64,000 nucleotides of DNA. It comes from a virus. Positions 27,545 through 36,045 of this stretch are shown here, piece by piece. The stretch lies in IMG/VR virus record IMGVR_UViG_3300035670_000027; one strand, 5' to 3'. The notes beneath the pieces were generated by a model. That model saw nothing but the letters and a program-made list of their open reading frames with translations, had not been told where the DNA came from and did no database searches. A program made the position numbers and the translations under genes. Every line of letters starts with the position of its first letter. Position 1 is the stretch's first letter.

Positions 27545-28389
27545 CTCTCAATTTTTGTTTTCTTTTCTATCTCTTCCTTATCCATAGGAATTGGGTCCAA
27601 TGATGTAAGATCAATCTTTTCTTTTTTCTTCTTAATCTTATCTAGTCCTTTTGCAAAGTCTTCTTTGATATTGTCTGTGATGCTAGTCATATCAACAAAT
27701 GCTGGTGCATCAGGTTTTTTGTATTGCTTCAATGAATAGTTTGCCGCAACAATTAGTAAGACTGCAAGTGGATCAAACACAAAGATTAGTAGAATGATCA
27801 CCAAGCGAACTGCGGCATCAAAATGATTCTGTGCGTCACTTCCGTAAATCATCTCTGCAATATACTTCAGAGGACCAACCTCTGCCATCATCTTATTTTC
27901 TTCTTTTAGAAGAGGTAGTTTTTCTTTTTGAATTGCAATCAATTCATCTTGCGTTTGTTGAATTTGGTCTGCGGTTCTTCTTGCAATTTTCTCAGGATCA
28001 TCACCTGCTCTCTTCAAAAGAAACTGAAGTCTTTCTTTTGTAATCTTTTCTTTTTCTTCCAGCACTCTTAACTGTACAGAATTTTCACCAACATTCAAAT
28101 TCGCTTCAATGTGCGCCCTGGAAAGAAAACCAAAGATGCCCAATGATGTAATGAACATAAGAACTACAACTGCAAATGTGAAATAGTATTTTAGAAGTCT
28201 TGGTGCTTCATGCCAGTTACGATACAACCAAGAAGCGGTAACAAGTTTTGCTAACTCTAGTGATCCACCCATCAATGCAATCGCAAGTGGTGATGCCGCA
28301 AAGATCGCCATCAAGCCAACAACTGAGTACCATGCGGCAATCGCAGATACTATCAATGCACAAAATAGAGTGAGAAGGGCGAATAGCAT
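27541..28389 (-). CDS. conserved multi-TM protein with coiled coil
   Basis: three N-terminal TMs, EVGPLKYIAE, FVFDPLAV. Confidence 0.7.
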   Translation of the reverse strand: MLFALLTLFCALIVSAIAAWYSVVGLMAIFAASPLAIALMGGSLELAKLVTASWLYRNWHEAPRLLKYYFTFAVVVLMFITSLGIFGFLSRAHIEANLNVGENSVQLRVLEEKEKITKERLQFLLKRAGDDPEKIARRTADQIQQTQDELIAIQKEKLPLLKEENKMMAEVGPLKYIAEMIYGSDAQNHFDAAVRLVIILLIFVFDPLAVLLIVAANYSLKQYKKPDAPAFVDMTSITDNIKEDFAKGLDKIKKKKEKIDLTSLDPIPMDKEEIEKKTKIER

Positions 28390-28390
28390 T

Positions 28391-28792
28391 TTATTCTCTA
28401 GTCAATTTCAGAATCTTATCAATTTGATCCTGAATCTTTTCGGTTCTGTTTGGCCAGTAGATATATTCTTTCTCTGGATTCTTCATGAGATTCACAAGCA
28501 ATGGCATGATCATTTCTTCTAATTGCTTTAACTTGCCTGTTGTTTCCTCGTAGAGTTTTGCTCTCTCTGCATCAAGCCCTAACTTACCTTCATTGTACAA
28601 CTGAAGAATTGAATCCATTTTACTTTCAAGGCGAGAGATGCCTTCTGTAGTAGCGCCTACAGTTTCACGAATGACTGAAGTTTCAAGTGTGTCTTGATTG
28701 ACAACTGGTGTTAACTCTGCTTCGTCAACTGCGCTGAAACCAAAATCTTCCATTGATCTTGGTAGTAAATATTCTTGAGGAATTCTACTCAT
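28391..28792 (-). CDS. conserved T4-like hypothetical protein
   Basis: DFGFSAVDE...NPEKEYIYWPNR. Confidence 0.7.
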   Translation of the reverse strand: MSRIPQEYLLPRSMEDFGFSAVDEAELTPVVNQDTLETSVIRETVGATTEGISRLESKMDSILQLYNEGKLGLDAERAKLYEETTGKLKQLEEMIMPLLVNLMKNPEKEYIYWPNRTEKIQDQIDKILKLTRE

Positions 28793-29223
28793 TCGAAAAA
28801 CCTTTCTAAATTTGCTTTGGATTTATCCTGTCGTTCTCTGTATGTTTTCCAACTGTTATGCATTTCTCTATTCTTAAATGTTTCTTCAACATGACAATTC
28901 TTGCATAGTATTTTACACTTGCGAATCTCGTCTATCAACTCTCTCAGATACTTTCGATTCTTCTCCGCATCTTTAACTGATATTCTTCCTACAAGTTTTC
29001 CAATGCCAGAACCACAAGGACCATGCTTCGTGATCTCCACACTCTTTTGCGATGGATCAATGTGTGCAAAGTCTAACGCAAGTGCATACTTATTGAACCC
29101 ACACTTTTCACAACCTTTGTCTGTCTTGTATTTACTCAGCCAATGTTGTCTTCTTTTCAAAATAAATTTTCTTTTGCTCAACTGAAAAATCCCATCAATG
29201 AAGAGACTGGCTCTGGATTCCAA
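28789..29223 (-). CDS. HNH endonuclease-like protein (start uncertain)
   Basis: CEKC...LDFAHID...CKILCKNCH. Confidence 0.65.
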   Translation of the reverse strand: MESRASLFIDGIFQLSKRKFILKRRQHWLSKYKTDKGCEKCGFNKYALALDFAHIDPSQKSVEITKHGPCGSGIGKLVGRISVKDAEKNRKYLRELIDEIRKCKILCKNCHVEETFKNREMHNSWKTYRERQDKSKANLERFFE

Positions 29224-30269
29224 CCAAATGTATTCACAATAATCTTAAGCGGTTCAAGATATGCTTTCTCAAATTGTGTATCGTAGTCGATATACTTCTC
29301 TAAGCCAAACTCTTTTGGTAAAACATTCAATACAGAAAATACATTTTCTTGCAATGGGTTTGGCAACTTCATGTAACAAAACTTGATCTTGTCGCCATCA
29401 CGAATTGCTTGGTATTTCTTGTCTAACTTCTTTTGCCTTAGCATGTGATTGTAAAGCAAACTGCCACGAACATGAATAGGTGTACCTTTTGGATACAGAC
29501 TACTTTCGTTCTTGTTATCATATTTAGTCAGTTCAGAAACGCCTCTTGGAAACGCAACATCTTCAAATGGCAGAGATTTAAACTCTTCTTTGAATTTCGC
29601 ATTGAATGCTTGAAACTCAGATTCATCACCACGCATGATGATCACCAACGCTTCTTTAATTTTTTCACGGCATGACATTGGTGTGGAAGACTTGACTGCT
29701 TCGATACCCATCATCTTGAGTTTTGGTTCTGAATAACGAACACCTTCAGAGTCCCAGACATTAAGAATGTATCTCTTCTTGGCAGTCCAGATGCCTTTGT
29801 CTGCAATGACTTCTCGTTTCATCTGCATCTTTTGATCAAAGGCATTCATGTAGTATGCAAGTTCTTCATATGCCTTGTCGATGAATGGTTCAATTTTATC
29901 TGAACATGCTTTGTCTAATAGATTCACAATCTCTTCTCTGCTCTTGCCTTTGAATACTTTCTCAACAAGAGGACCAAGGTGTAGATAGATTGAATCTGTA
30001 TCTGATGCAATTACATAGTCAACATTCTCAGTCTTCAATAGTTTGTTCATAAACTGATTGAGTTTCTTTTCGATCCAACGAATAGACAATTGACCAGAGA
30101 GTGTGATTGCCTCTGCCTGACGAATATCAAAGAAGCGAAAGTATTCGTTGCCTAACGCACCATAGGCTGAGTTCAACTGAACCTTCTTGGCTAGTTGAAG
30201 ATTTTTGTAGCGTGAGATTTCGTTTTCTAATTGCTTCTTACGCTTAAGTAATTCTGTTTTTTCAGACAT
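29178..30269 (-). CDS. gp43: family B DNA polymerase, C-terminal subunit (gp43B)
   Basis: KVQLNSAYG, SDTDS, AKKRY motifs; C-terminal clamp-binding SLMGFF. Confidence 0.95.
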   Translation of the reverse strand: MSEKTELLKRKKQLENEISRYKNLQLAKKVQLNSAYGALGNEYFRFFDIRQAEAITLSGQLSIRWIEKKLNQFMNKLLKTENVDYVIASDTDSIYLHLGPLVEKVFKGKSREEIVNLLDKACSDKIEPFIDKAYEELAYYMNAFDQKMQMKREVIADKGIWTAKKRYILNVWDSEGVRYSEPKLKMMGIEAVKSSTPMSCREKIKEALVIIMRGDESEFQAFNAKFKEEFKSLPFEDVAFPRGVSELTKYDNKNESSLYPKGTPIHVRGSLLYNHMLRQKKLDKKYQAIRDGDKIKFCYMKLPNPLQENVFSVLNVLPKEFGLEKYIDYDTQFEKAYLEPLKIIVNTFGWNPEPVSSLMGFFS

Positions 30270-30771
30270 AATGGAAGTATGTACTCATAATGTATTTTGG
30301 TGTTTGTGTTGGCATCAAACCTTCGTGTGGATACATCCACATTGGAGGAAAGATTAAAACATTGCCTTGCTTTGCTTCATATGTAAATTCATCGTTTGGC
30401 ATATAAAACTTTGTGCCTGCTTCGTTGTCATTAAGATAAAATAAAAATGCTAGGTATCTAGTACATGATTGTACACTAATTGCATCGGCATGTAAAGGGA
30501 AGCAATGCTTATTTGGCTCATATCTTTTCACACGGAAAGATTCTATTCTTCTTTTTGTTGGTAAGAGTTTCTTTGGATCGTATCTGCTGGTATAATCTTC
30601 TGCAAGACCTTTTGCCACTTCAACTAAATCTTTGTGTTCACTTTTCCAATGTGTGATTTCAATCTGATCAAAAATGTCATATGAGGTATCTTTGTTTTCA
30701 TCGGCATCAAACTTCGCCATGATGTATTCACAAATTTCTTTGGGCAAAACATTTTGATACATTTGAATCAT
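30262..30771 (-). CDS. 2OG-Fe(II) oxygenase (prolyl-4-hydroxylase-like)
   Basis: HAD...YLND...GT...FPP..YPH...KY. Confidence 0.8.
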   Translation of the reverse strand: MIQMYQNVLPKEICEYIMAKFDADENKDTSYDIFDQIEITHWKSEHKDLVEVAKGLAEDYTSRYDPKKLLPTKRRIESFRVKRYEPNKHCFPLHADAISVQSCTRYLAFLFYLNDNEAGTKFYMPNDEFTYEAKQGNVLIFPPMWMYPHEGLMPTQTPKYIMSTYFHYV

Positions 30772-32210
30772 GCCAACTCCTTCAATTGTGCTTTGATGTT
30801 TTCTAGTTCTTTCTGTGCTTCAATCATCTTCTTTTTATATAGAACACGGTCATCATACATTTTCTGCATCATCTCAGGAAGAAAACCTTGAACATCTTTT
30901 TTGAAATAGTGACCATTGGCTGCCATACAATAATTTCGATCTGGCTCATACGCACCTTCTAGAAGTTCATCGATGGTCGTTGTTGTGTGCTTACCACTAA
31001 TGAATGTGTCAGGCGAAACATTGTACTGCATAATCAAGTGCGGATAGAGAGAGTTCAAGTCAAACGATACAACCCATTCGTACTTGCCTGGTACAGGTTC
31101 TTTCACATAAGCGCCAGCATATTGTTCGTTCTTTGAAGTGTGCTTTTTCTGAGGAACAACAATGCTCTTCTTCCACAAATGATTGTGCGTGAGAGTATCC
31201 CACATGCGTACTTGCGTGAACACATCGGTCAGATTCACCTTTGCGTCATAGGCAAGTGCAAGCACCATGTCAATAAACTTCATCTTCTCATCTAGTTTAT
31301 CGACAAGTTCCACATCTTTGATGTTGTATTCAATAAATTTTTGATAGTCAAGTTTATACAGTTGGTGTAGCGTTTCATATTCAGAGTAATCGATTTTGTT
31401 TTCACCAAGTTCAATGTACGCAATGTGGTCAAGGCGAAACGATTCTTGCTGAGTGTATGTGAATTTTTTGTAGAGTTCTAGATAGTCTAGAATTGCGATG
31501 CCAACAAGATCAAATGCAGTCTGTTGACGATTGTGAATTGTTGTCGTGCGTTCACCAATCATGCGATATGGTGACAAACGATTTGCAACTTTGTCATCCA
31601 TCAAACGCTTGATGCGATTATAGAGATATGGTATGTCAAAGAATTGAATGTTCCAACCGGTCACAATGTCAGGCGACTTCTCTTCCCACATCTGAAGAAA
31701 CTTGTTGATCAAATCATTTTCATCACGGCACTTGAAGTATGTAACATCTTCACGATTGTTTCTGAAGTCACCACAACCAAACACATAGAATGCGCCAGCA
31801 ATCTTGAATGTGATTGCAGTAATTGGTTCGCTTGCTTTGTCTGGTTCTGGAAAGCCATTCTCAGAGCCAACCTCAATATCAATATTGGCGATGCGAATTA
31901 GTTCACGATCATAATGCACTTCATCTGGATACTGTTCATTGATATAAACATAGGCATAGTTTGTCGAACCATAGATGGGAAAGTTTTCTACTTGCTCATA
32001 CTTTTGAATGAAGTCACTAGCATCACGCATAGTACCCATCTCAATCGCAGAGACATATCTTCCGTCTAGTGTGCGAAACTCGGTTTCATCTTTTGCAGGA
32101 ACGAAAAGAGTAGGATTGTATTCTACTTTGCGAGAATATCTTCTACCGTTTTCGTAACCTCGTTCAAGGATGTAATTACCTTTTCTTGTGAAGTGCGTAT
32201 AAAATTTCAT
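30768..32210 (-). CDS. gp43: family B DNA polymerase, N-terminal subunit (gp43A: exonuclease plus motif A)
   Basis: DIEV, GWNIQFFD, YNIKD, FDLNSLYPH; ends in the fingers helix. Confidence 0.95.
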   Translation of the reverse strand: MKFYTHFTRKGNYILERGYENGRRYSRKVEYNPTLFVPAKDETEFRTLDGRYVSAIEMGTMRDASDFIQKYEQVENFPIYGSTNYAYVYINEQYPDEVHYDRELIRIANIDIEVGSENGFPEPDKASEPITAITFKIAGAFYVFGCGDFRNNREDVTYFKCRDENDLINKFLQMWEEKSPDIVTGWNIQFFDIPYLYNRIKRLMDDKVANRLSPYRMIGERTTTIHNRQQTAFDLVGIAILDYLELYKKFTYTQQESFRLDHIAYIELGENKIDYSEYETLHQLYKLDYQKFIEYNIKDVELVDKLDEKMKFIDMVLALAYDAKVNLTDVFTQVRMWDTLTHNHLWKKSIVVPQKKHTSKNEQYAGAYVKEPVPGKYEWVVSFDLNSLYPHLIMQYNVSPDTFISGKHTTTTIDELLEGAYEPDRNYCMAANGHYFKKDVQGFLPEMMQKMYDDRVLYKKKMIEAQKELENIKAQLKELA

Positions 32211-32500
32211 CGTATAATTGGTTGTTGAGCAATGACAATACCTGATCCAAAGATTTCATTATACTTGTTTTCGATCTTAATGTCAACGCTTGTAACAAAC
32301 AATACATGCGAATCTTTTAGTGTGACTTCTTTTTCGGTAGAAAAGATTAACCATGGTTGCATATTCAATGATGGTTTGCCATCAGGACCCGCACCAATCA
32401 TAATCACGCAAGGGTTTTTAATTTTGTGTTCAGTACTTGAAGAATCTAAAACTTCACCAAGCACTTCTTCACCGCTAATCAAACGAAATAATTTAATCAT
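32207..32500 (-). CDS. conserved T4-like small protein (Sm-like fold suspected)
   Basis: KLFRLISGEEVLG start; YNEIFGSGIV end. Confidence 0.65.
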   Translation of the reverse strand: MIKLFRLISGEEVLGEVLDSSSTEHKIKNPCVIMIGAGPDGKPSLNMQPWLIFSTEKEVTLKDSHVLFVTSVDIKIENKYNEIFGSGIVIAQQPIIR

Positions 32501-32518
32501 AATGTTTCCTTCATGTGA

Positions 32519-32540
32519 AATGGGGGCATTGCGCCCCCAT
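32519..32540 (-). terminator. GC-rich hairpin, probable terminator
   Basis: ATGGGGGC-GCAAT-GCCCCCAT followed by TT. Confidence 0.55.
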
Positions 32541-32542
32541 GT

Positions 32543-32605
32543 TTATTTTTTATTTGGGTAGTTTAATTCTTCCCACTCTTCGTCTGTATATGGCCACCAG
32601 TTCAT
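32543..32605 (-). CDS. micro-ORF, 20 aa (MNWWPYTDEEWEELNYPNKK)
   Basis: starts 2 nt after the preceding stop and ends just before the hairpin. Confidence 0.4.
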   Translation of the reverse strand: MNWWPYTDEEWEELNYPNKK

Positions 32606-32607
32606 GA

Positions 32608-32724
32608 TTAATCCCATCTACCACGGCGGTGCTTAATGTAATAGTCCGCTTGTGCTTGACGGGCTTCCGCTACAGATTCTCCGAAGCCGACAAGAAAGTC
32701 CCAAATCTTACTTAGAATCTTCAT
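32608..32724 (-). CDS. small ORF, 38 aa (MKILSKIWDFLVGFGESVAEARQAQADYYIKHRRGRWD)
   Basis: GGAGG RBS; overlaps the hsp20 stop. Confidence 0.55.
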   Translation of the reverse strand: MKILSKIWDFLVGFGESVAEARQAQADYYIKHRRGRWD

Positions 32725-33241
32725 CTGTATCCTCCACAAGCAACTGAGGTTGTGGATTCTTAGAAGCAAACTCGGATACAGTAGAACCTTCTTCGCTAAC
32801 TTCGATTTTCTTTGGCTTCTTATGTTCTGGAATGATTTTCTCTAGACCGATCTTAAGCATACCGTTGACTAGAGCCGCACCTTTGATTTCGATTTGATCA
32901 TTCAAAGCGAATGTGCGAGTAAAGTTTCTTGCGGCAATACCTTGGAAGAGATAATCATATGGGGATGATGTGTCTTCTTTAGCGTTACCTTTCACAATCA
33001 ACTTGTCATCCACAAACTCAATTTCGATCTCTGATTTAGAGAAACCAGCAACCGCAAGTTCAATGACATAGCGAGTGTCATCAACTTTCTTGATGTTGTA
33101 TGGAGGATAGTTAGGAATGTGTTTTGTTAGATCATCATGCATCTTTGAGAGTTTGTTGAATTGATCATCAAAACCTACAAAGAATTTATCAAAGTCTTTG
33201 CCGAATTTGGCAAAAGGATATGGAAAGTCGAGATTGGACAT
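32708..33241 (-). CDS. hsp20: small heat-shock protein (IbpA-like)
   Basis: NYPPYNI, ELAVAGF, GIAARNFTRTF, NGML, IIPEHKKPKKI. Confidence 0.92.
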   Translation of the reverse strand: MSNLDFPYPFAKFGKDFDKFFVGFDDQFNKLSKMHDDLTKHIPNYPPYNIKKVDDTRYVIELAVAGFSKSEIEIEFVDDKLIVKGNAKEDTSSPYDYLFQGIAARNFTRTFALNDQIEIKGAALVNGMLKIGLEKIIPEHKKPKKIEVSEEGSTVSEFASKNPQPQLLVEDTDEDSK

Positions 33242-33270
33242 AATAGTCTCCTTAATTAAGCGAGTTAAAG
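33242..33270 (-). promoter_or_regulatory. ROSE-like RNA thermometer hairpin in the hsp20 5' UTR
   Basis: CUCGCUU-AAUU-AAGGAG pairs the SD with a bulged G. Confidence 0.65.
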
Positions 33271-33318
33271 TTTACTACCCATTAGGCGTAGTAGATGCAC
33301 CAACGGATGCATCATAGT

Positions 33319-33326
33319 TATTTATA
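33319..33326 (-). promoter_or_regulatory. late promoter TATAAATA inside an 11-bp inverted repeat
   Basis: CCAACGGATGC (33300-33310) / GCATCCGTTGG (33329-33339). Confidence 0.7.
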
Positions 33327-33355
33327 ACGCATCCGTTGGAATTTCAGTTAAGAAA

Positions 33356-33583
33356 TTATGATTGCCAAATCATTCGGCGAGAAACAAAGTAAGTCGTGCG
33401 ACCCTCGGTGTTGATTGTCTTGCGAACACGATAGCCTGCTTGGCGAATGTCGCTCATGCGGGCACGGAGGTTCTTAACACCGAAAAGTGCTTGTGCTTGT
33501 GGTGCTGAGATACCACGGCTCTTACCACGAAGGAAAGAAACAAGGCTCTCTACTTGAGTTTTACCAGTTTTAACAAATGCCAT
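33356..33583 (-). CDS. small winged-helix/HTH-like protein
   Basis: ISAPQAQALFGVKNLRARMSDIRQAGY HTH-like pattern; GGAG RBS. Confidence 0.65.
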   Translation of the reverse strand: MAFVKTGKTQVESLVSFLRGKSRGISAPQAQALFGVKNLRARMSDIRQAGYRVRKTINTEGRTTYFVSRRMIWQS

Positions 33584-33643
33584 ATTAATGCTCCTTATTC
33601 AAGTCAAAGTTTAAAGTACGATGATTAACCTATCATCAAAGGA

Positions 33644-33672
33644 ATTGTAACACATTTACATGTGTTTGTCAA
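33644..33672 (-). promoter_or_regulatory. sigma70-like promoter with palindromic spacer
   Basis: TTGACA-17-TACAAT; spacer region AACACAT-GTAA-ATGTGTT. Confidence 0.8.
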
Positions 33673-34073
33673 ATTCTTTTCTTGTTACCAATGCTATACT
33701 TTGTAACAAGTTCCCAATCATCTCTTTCAGTATATGAGAGAATTTTAATTTGAGACAATGGCGCAATTGGATGCTCAGACATATCTTTCGAAATGATTTC
33801 GACCAAGCCCCATTCAGCCAATAGTCTGGCAATTGTATTTCGTCTACCTAGATCGTTCTCATCAAAGTCTGTTGATTTGCCGTCTAGTGCGAATAGTTCT
33901 TTAAAATGGACAATATAATACTTACCTTTCTTGTGAAGGATGTGGCAAGATTGATAGAGTTTCTTTTCTTTCCGAGATGCAACACCAATACGGGTAAGTG
34001 TTTCTCTAACTTTGAGAAAATCGTCTTCTTCTTTTAATCTTACCTCCAACAAATTTTCAATACTCAAACTCAT
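33669..34073 (-). CDS. regA: translational repressor RegA
   Basis: FLKVRETLTRIG, LYQSCHILHK, YYIVHFKELF. Confidence 0.95.
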   Translation of the reverse strand: MSLSIENLLEVRLKEEDDFLKVRETLTRIGVASRKEKKLYQSCHILHKKGKYYIVHFKELFALDGKSTDFDENDLGRRNTIARLLAEWGLVEIISKDMSEHPIAPLSQIKILSYTERDDWELVTKYSIGNKKRI

Positions 34074-34477
34074 GCTTTTCTCTCCTTGGCGTTCGTACCG
34101 CCTTTTTGTAGTTTTTCTTTTATGATTTTTATCTGATCATCGGTGAGAATTTCAATGATATCTTTTGCCTTGGATTTGCTATAGCCAAAATACTCAGATA
34201 TAATGTCCAACTTCTCAATTTTTTCTTGCTTAAACCACTTACTATAACGCTTGCGTGGTCTGATACTATTTAGTAAATAGGCAAATTGAGGTTTTTTGTC
34301 AAGCATAGCAAGGCGATTCATCTCATTGGCATGAAGAATCGTATCGGTAAAAAAAGACAAGCCACGGTTTACAATGTATGGTTCATACATCTTTTCTGCT
34401 AGTTCTGGATTGTCACTCTTGGCAATTAAGTCTTCTTTCGATTCGTTGATTGCCTTGATAAAGTCAAACGGCGACAT
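34070..34477 (-). CDS. gp62: clamp loader small subunit
   Basis: position between gp44 and regA; YIVNRGLS, RKRYSKW, YFGYS, KGG motifs. Confidence 0.85.
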   Translation of the reverse strand: MSPFDFIKAINESKEDLIAKSDNPELAEKMYEPYIVNRGLSFFTDTILHANEMNRLAMLDKKPQFAYLLNSIRPRKRYSKWFKQEKIEKLDIISEYFGYSKSKAKDIIEILTDDQIKIIKEKLQKGGTNAKERKA

Positions 34478-34665
34478 TATGACACCCAATCTTCTGCAAC
34501 ACTCTCGGCATAGTCTTCCGAGTTTACTGCATACTCTACATCCATATTGGGTTTAAGTTTATCAATAAGTTTAATTACAAATTCTTTTTTGTCTTGATAA
34601 ACTTCCTGATAGATTTGTGCGATTCGATTGGCATCATCGCTGAAGTATTCTGAAAGTAGTTTCAT
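34477..34665 (-). CDS. small hypothetical protein
   Basis: AESVAEDWV C-terminus; TAATG overlaps on both sides. Confidence 0.6.
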   Translation of the reverse strand: MKLLSEYFSDDANRIAQIYQEVYQDKKEFVIKLIDKLKPNMDVEYAVNSEDYAESVAEDWVS

Positions 34666-35606
34666 TATTTCACCTCACATGAAGCCATGACTTCGGTTAG
34701 AAAGGCAACCATATTGATTTCTTGGTCAGCAACGAATGCAGACTTGTATTGATACTCACCAAGGAGTACAACAAGTTCTGGAATAGATTGTGGCGAAAAG
34801 TAATCAACTGCATGGTCAAAAAAGTTTCGAAACAAGACAGATGATTCATTGTCAAGATTGTCCACCACCCATTTACGCATTGTGGTGAAGTCTTTCTCGC
34901 CAATTGCTTCTAAGAGTTTCTTCATCGAAACTTCAGTTACATTTGCAAGAAGACCTGTATCGATTTTACCTGTGGCTGAGTAACGCTGAAGTTCATTCAG
35001 CACACGGCGAAAGTCTGGAAAATGTTTCTTGACAAGTTCAGCAACAACTTTGCTATCGTACTCTACTTGTTCACTTTGCAGAATACTCTCAACTCGTTTG
35101 AAGAATTGTGTAGCAAGTTTTGGCTTGTCTGTTGCGGCTATCTTAAATTGTACAACTGAGCACCGACTGTGTAGTGGTGCAATAATTCTGTTGAGAAAGT
35201 TACAAGTAAGAATAAAACCGCAATTATTAGAATACTCTTCCATAAAATTTCGTAGTGCTGGCTGAGTGCTTTGAGGATTAAGATAGTCAGCCTCGTCAAG
35301 TATAACATACTTGCGACCCCCAACAAACGAAACAGTACTGGCAAAGTTTTTAATCTCATTACGGAGCGTATCGATATTGCCATTCATACTCCCATTGATA
35401 ACGATATAGGAACAACCAAGTTCTTCCAGCATCGATTTAGCAATAGTAGTCTTACCGATACCTGGACCACCTGCAAGAATTAGATTTGGTATTTCTTTCT
35501 GATCAACAAATTTTTGAAATGTGTTTTTCAGTTCCGCTGGTAGAATTGTGTCTTCTACTTTTCTTGGGCGATACTTCTCGACCCACAAGAATTCTTCTTT
35601 CATCAT
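34665..35606 (-). CDS. gp44: clamp loader large subunit
   Basis: WVEKYRP, GPGIGKT, LDEAD, SRC. Confidence 0.95.
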   Translation of the reverse strand: MMKEEFLWVEKYRPRKVEDTILPAELKNTFQKFVDQKEIPNLILAGGPGIGKTTIAKSMLEELGCSYIVINGSMNGNIDTLRNEIKNFASTVSFVGGRKYVILDEADYLNPQSTQPALRNFMEEYSNNCGFILTCNFLNRIIAPLHSRCSVVQFKIAATDKPKLATQFFKRVESILQSEQVEYDSKVVAELVKKHFPDFRRVLNELQRYSATGKIDTGLLANVTEVSMKKLLEAIGEKDFTTMRKWVVDNLDNESSVLFRNFFDHAVDYFSPQSIPELVVLLGEYQYKSAFVADQEINMVAFLTEVMASCEVK

Positions 35607-35633
35607 TCACCTCATTCATAACATAAAAAATAT

Positions 35634-35662
35634 ATTCTAACATAAACAATGTTAGAAAGCAA
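35634..35662 (-). promoter_or_regulatory. sigma70-like promoter with inverted repeat over the -10 box
   Basis: TTGCTT-17-TAGAAT; TTCTAACAT-N5-ATGTTAGAA. Confidence 0.65.
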
Positions 35663-35670
35663 GAGTAGTG

Positions 35671-36045
35671 TTATACTTGTGCAGGATCGCAATAAGTAGG
35701 ATTACACCAATCAGGATCAAGTGCTACTCTTCGCCACTTGCCATCCGCTTTAATCCATAGCCTGTTATCTTTACCAACAGACATATGGACCTTGTTTAGG
35801 TATTCTTCATTAGTCATAACAAAAGAAGAGTATTCACCAGGTAAAGGAGATTTTTGAGGTTTTTTATTACCCTGAAGAACAAATGTTAGGTCACTTTCTG
35901 GTTTCAAATGAGATATATCCTCAATCTCTTTCTTTGCCTCTGGCATCGTCACGACCACAGTAGTCACTACTGGTGCTACAATTGCCGCACCAACAATACC
36001 TGCTTTACAAAAAAAATTTCTACGACTTACTTGGTTAGAATCCAT
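35671..36045 (-). CDS. Tat-signal protein of unknown function
   Basis: SRRNFF twin-arginine motif followed by a hydrophobic helix. Confidence 0.65.
   Translation of the reverse strand: MDSNQVSRRNFFCKAGIVGAAIVAPVVTTVVVTMPEAKKEIEDISHLKPESDLTFVLQGNKKPQKSPLPGEYSSFVMTNEEYLNKVHMSVGKDNRLWIKADGKWRRVALDPDWCNPTYCDPAQV

Noticed and set aside
30200-30850. Split intein or self-splicing intron at the gp43 break
   Set aside because: Neither half has an intein N-terminal block or an HN-C/S junction, and the gap is fully occupied by a coupled ORF with no room for intron core structure.
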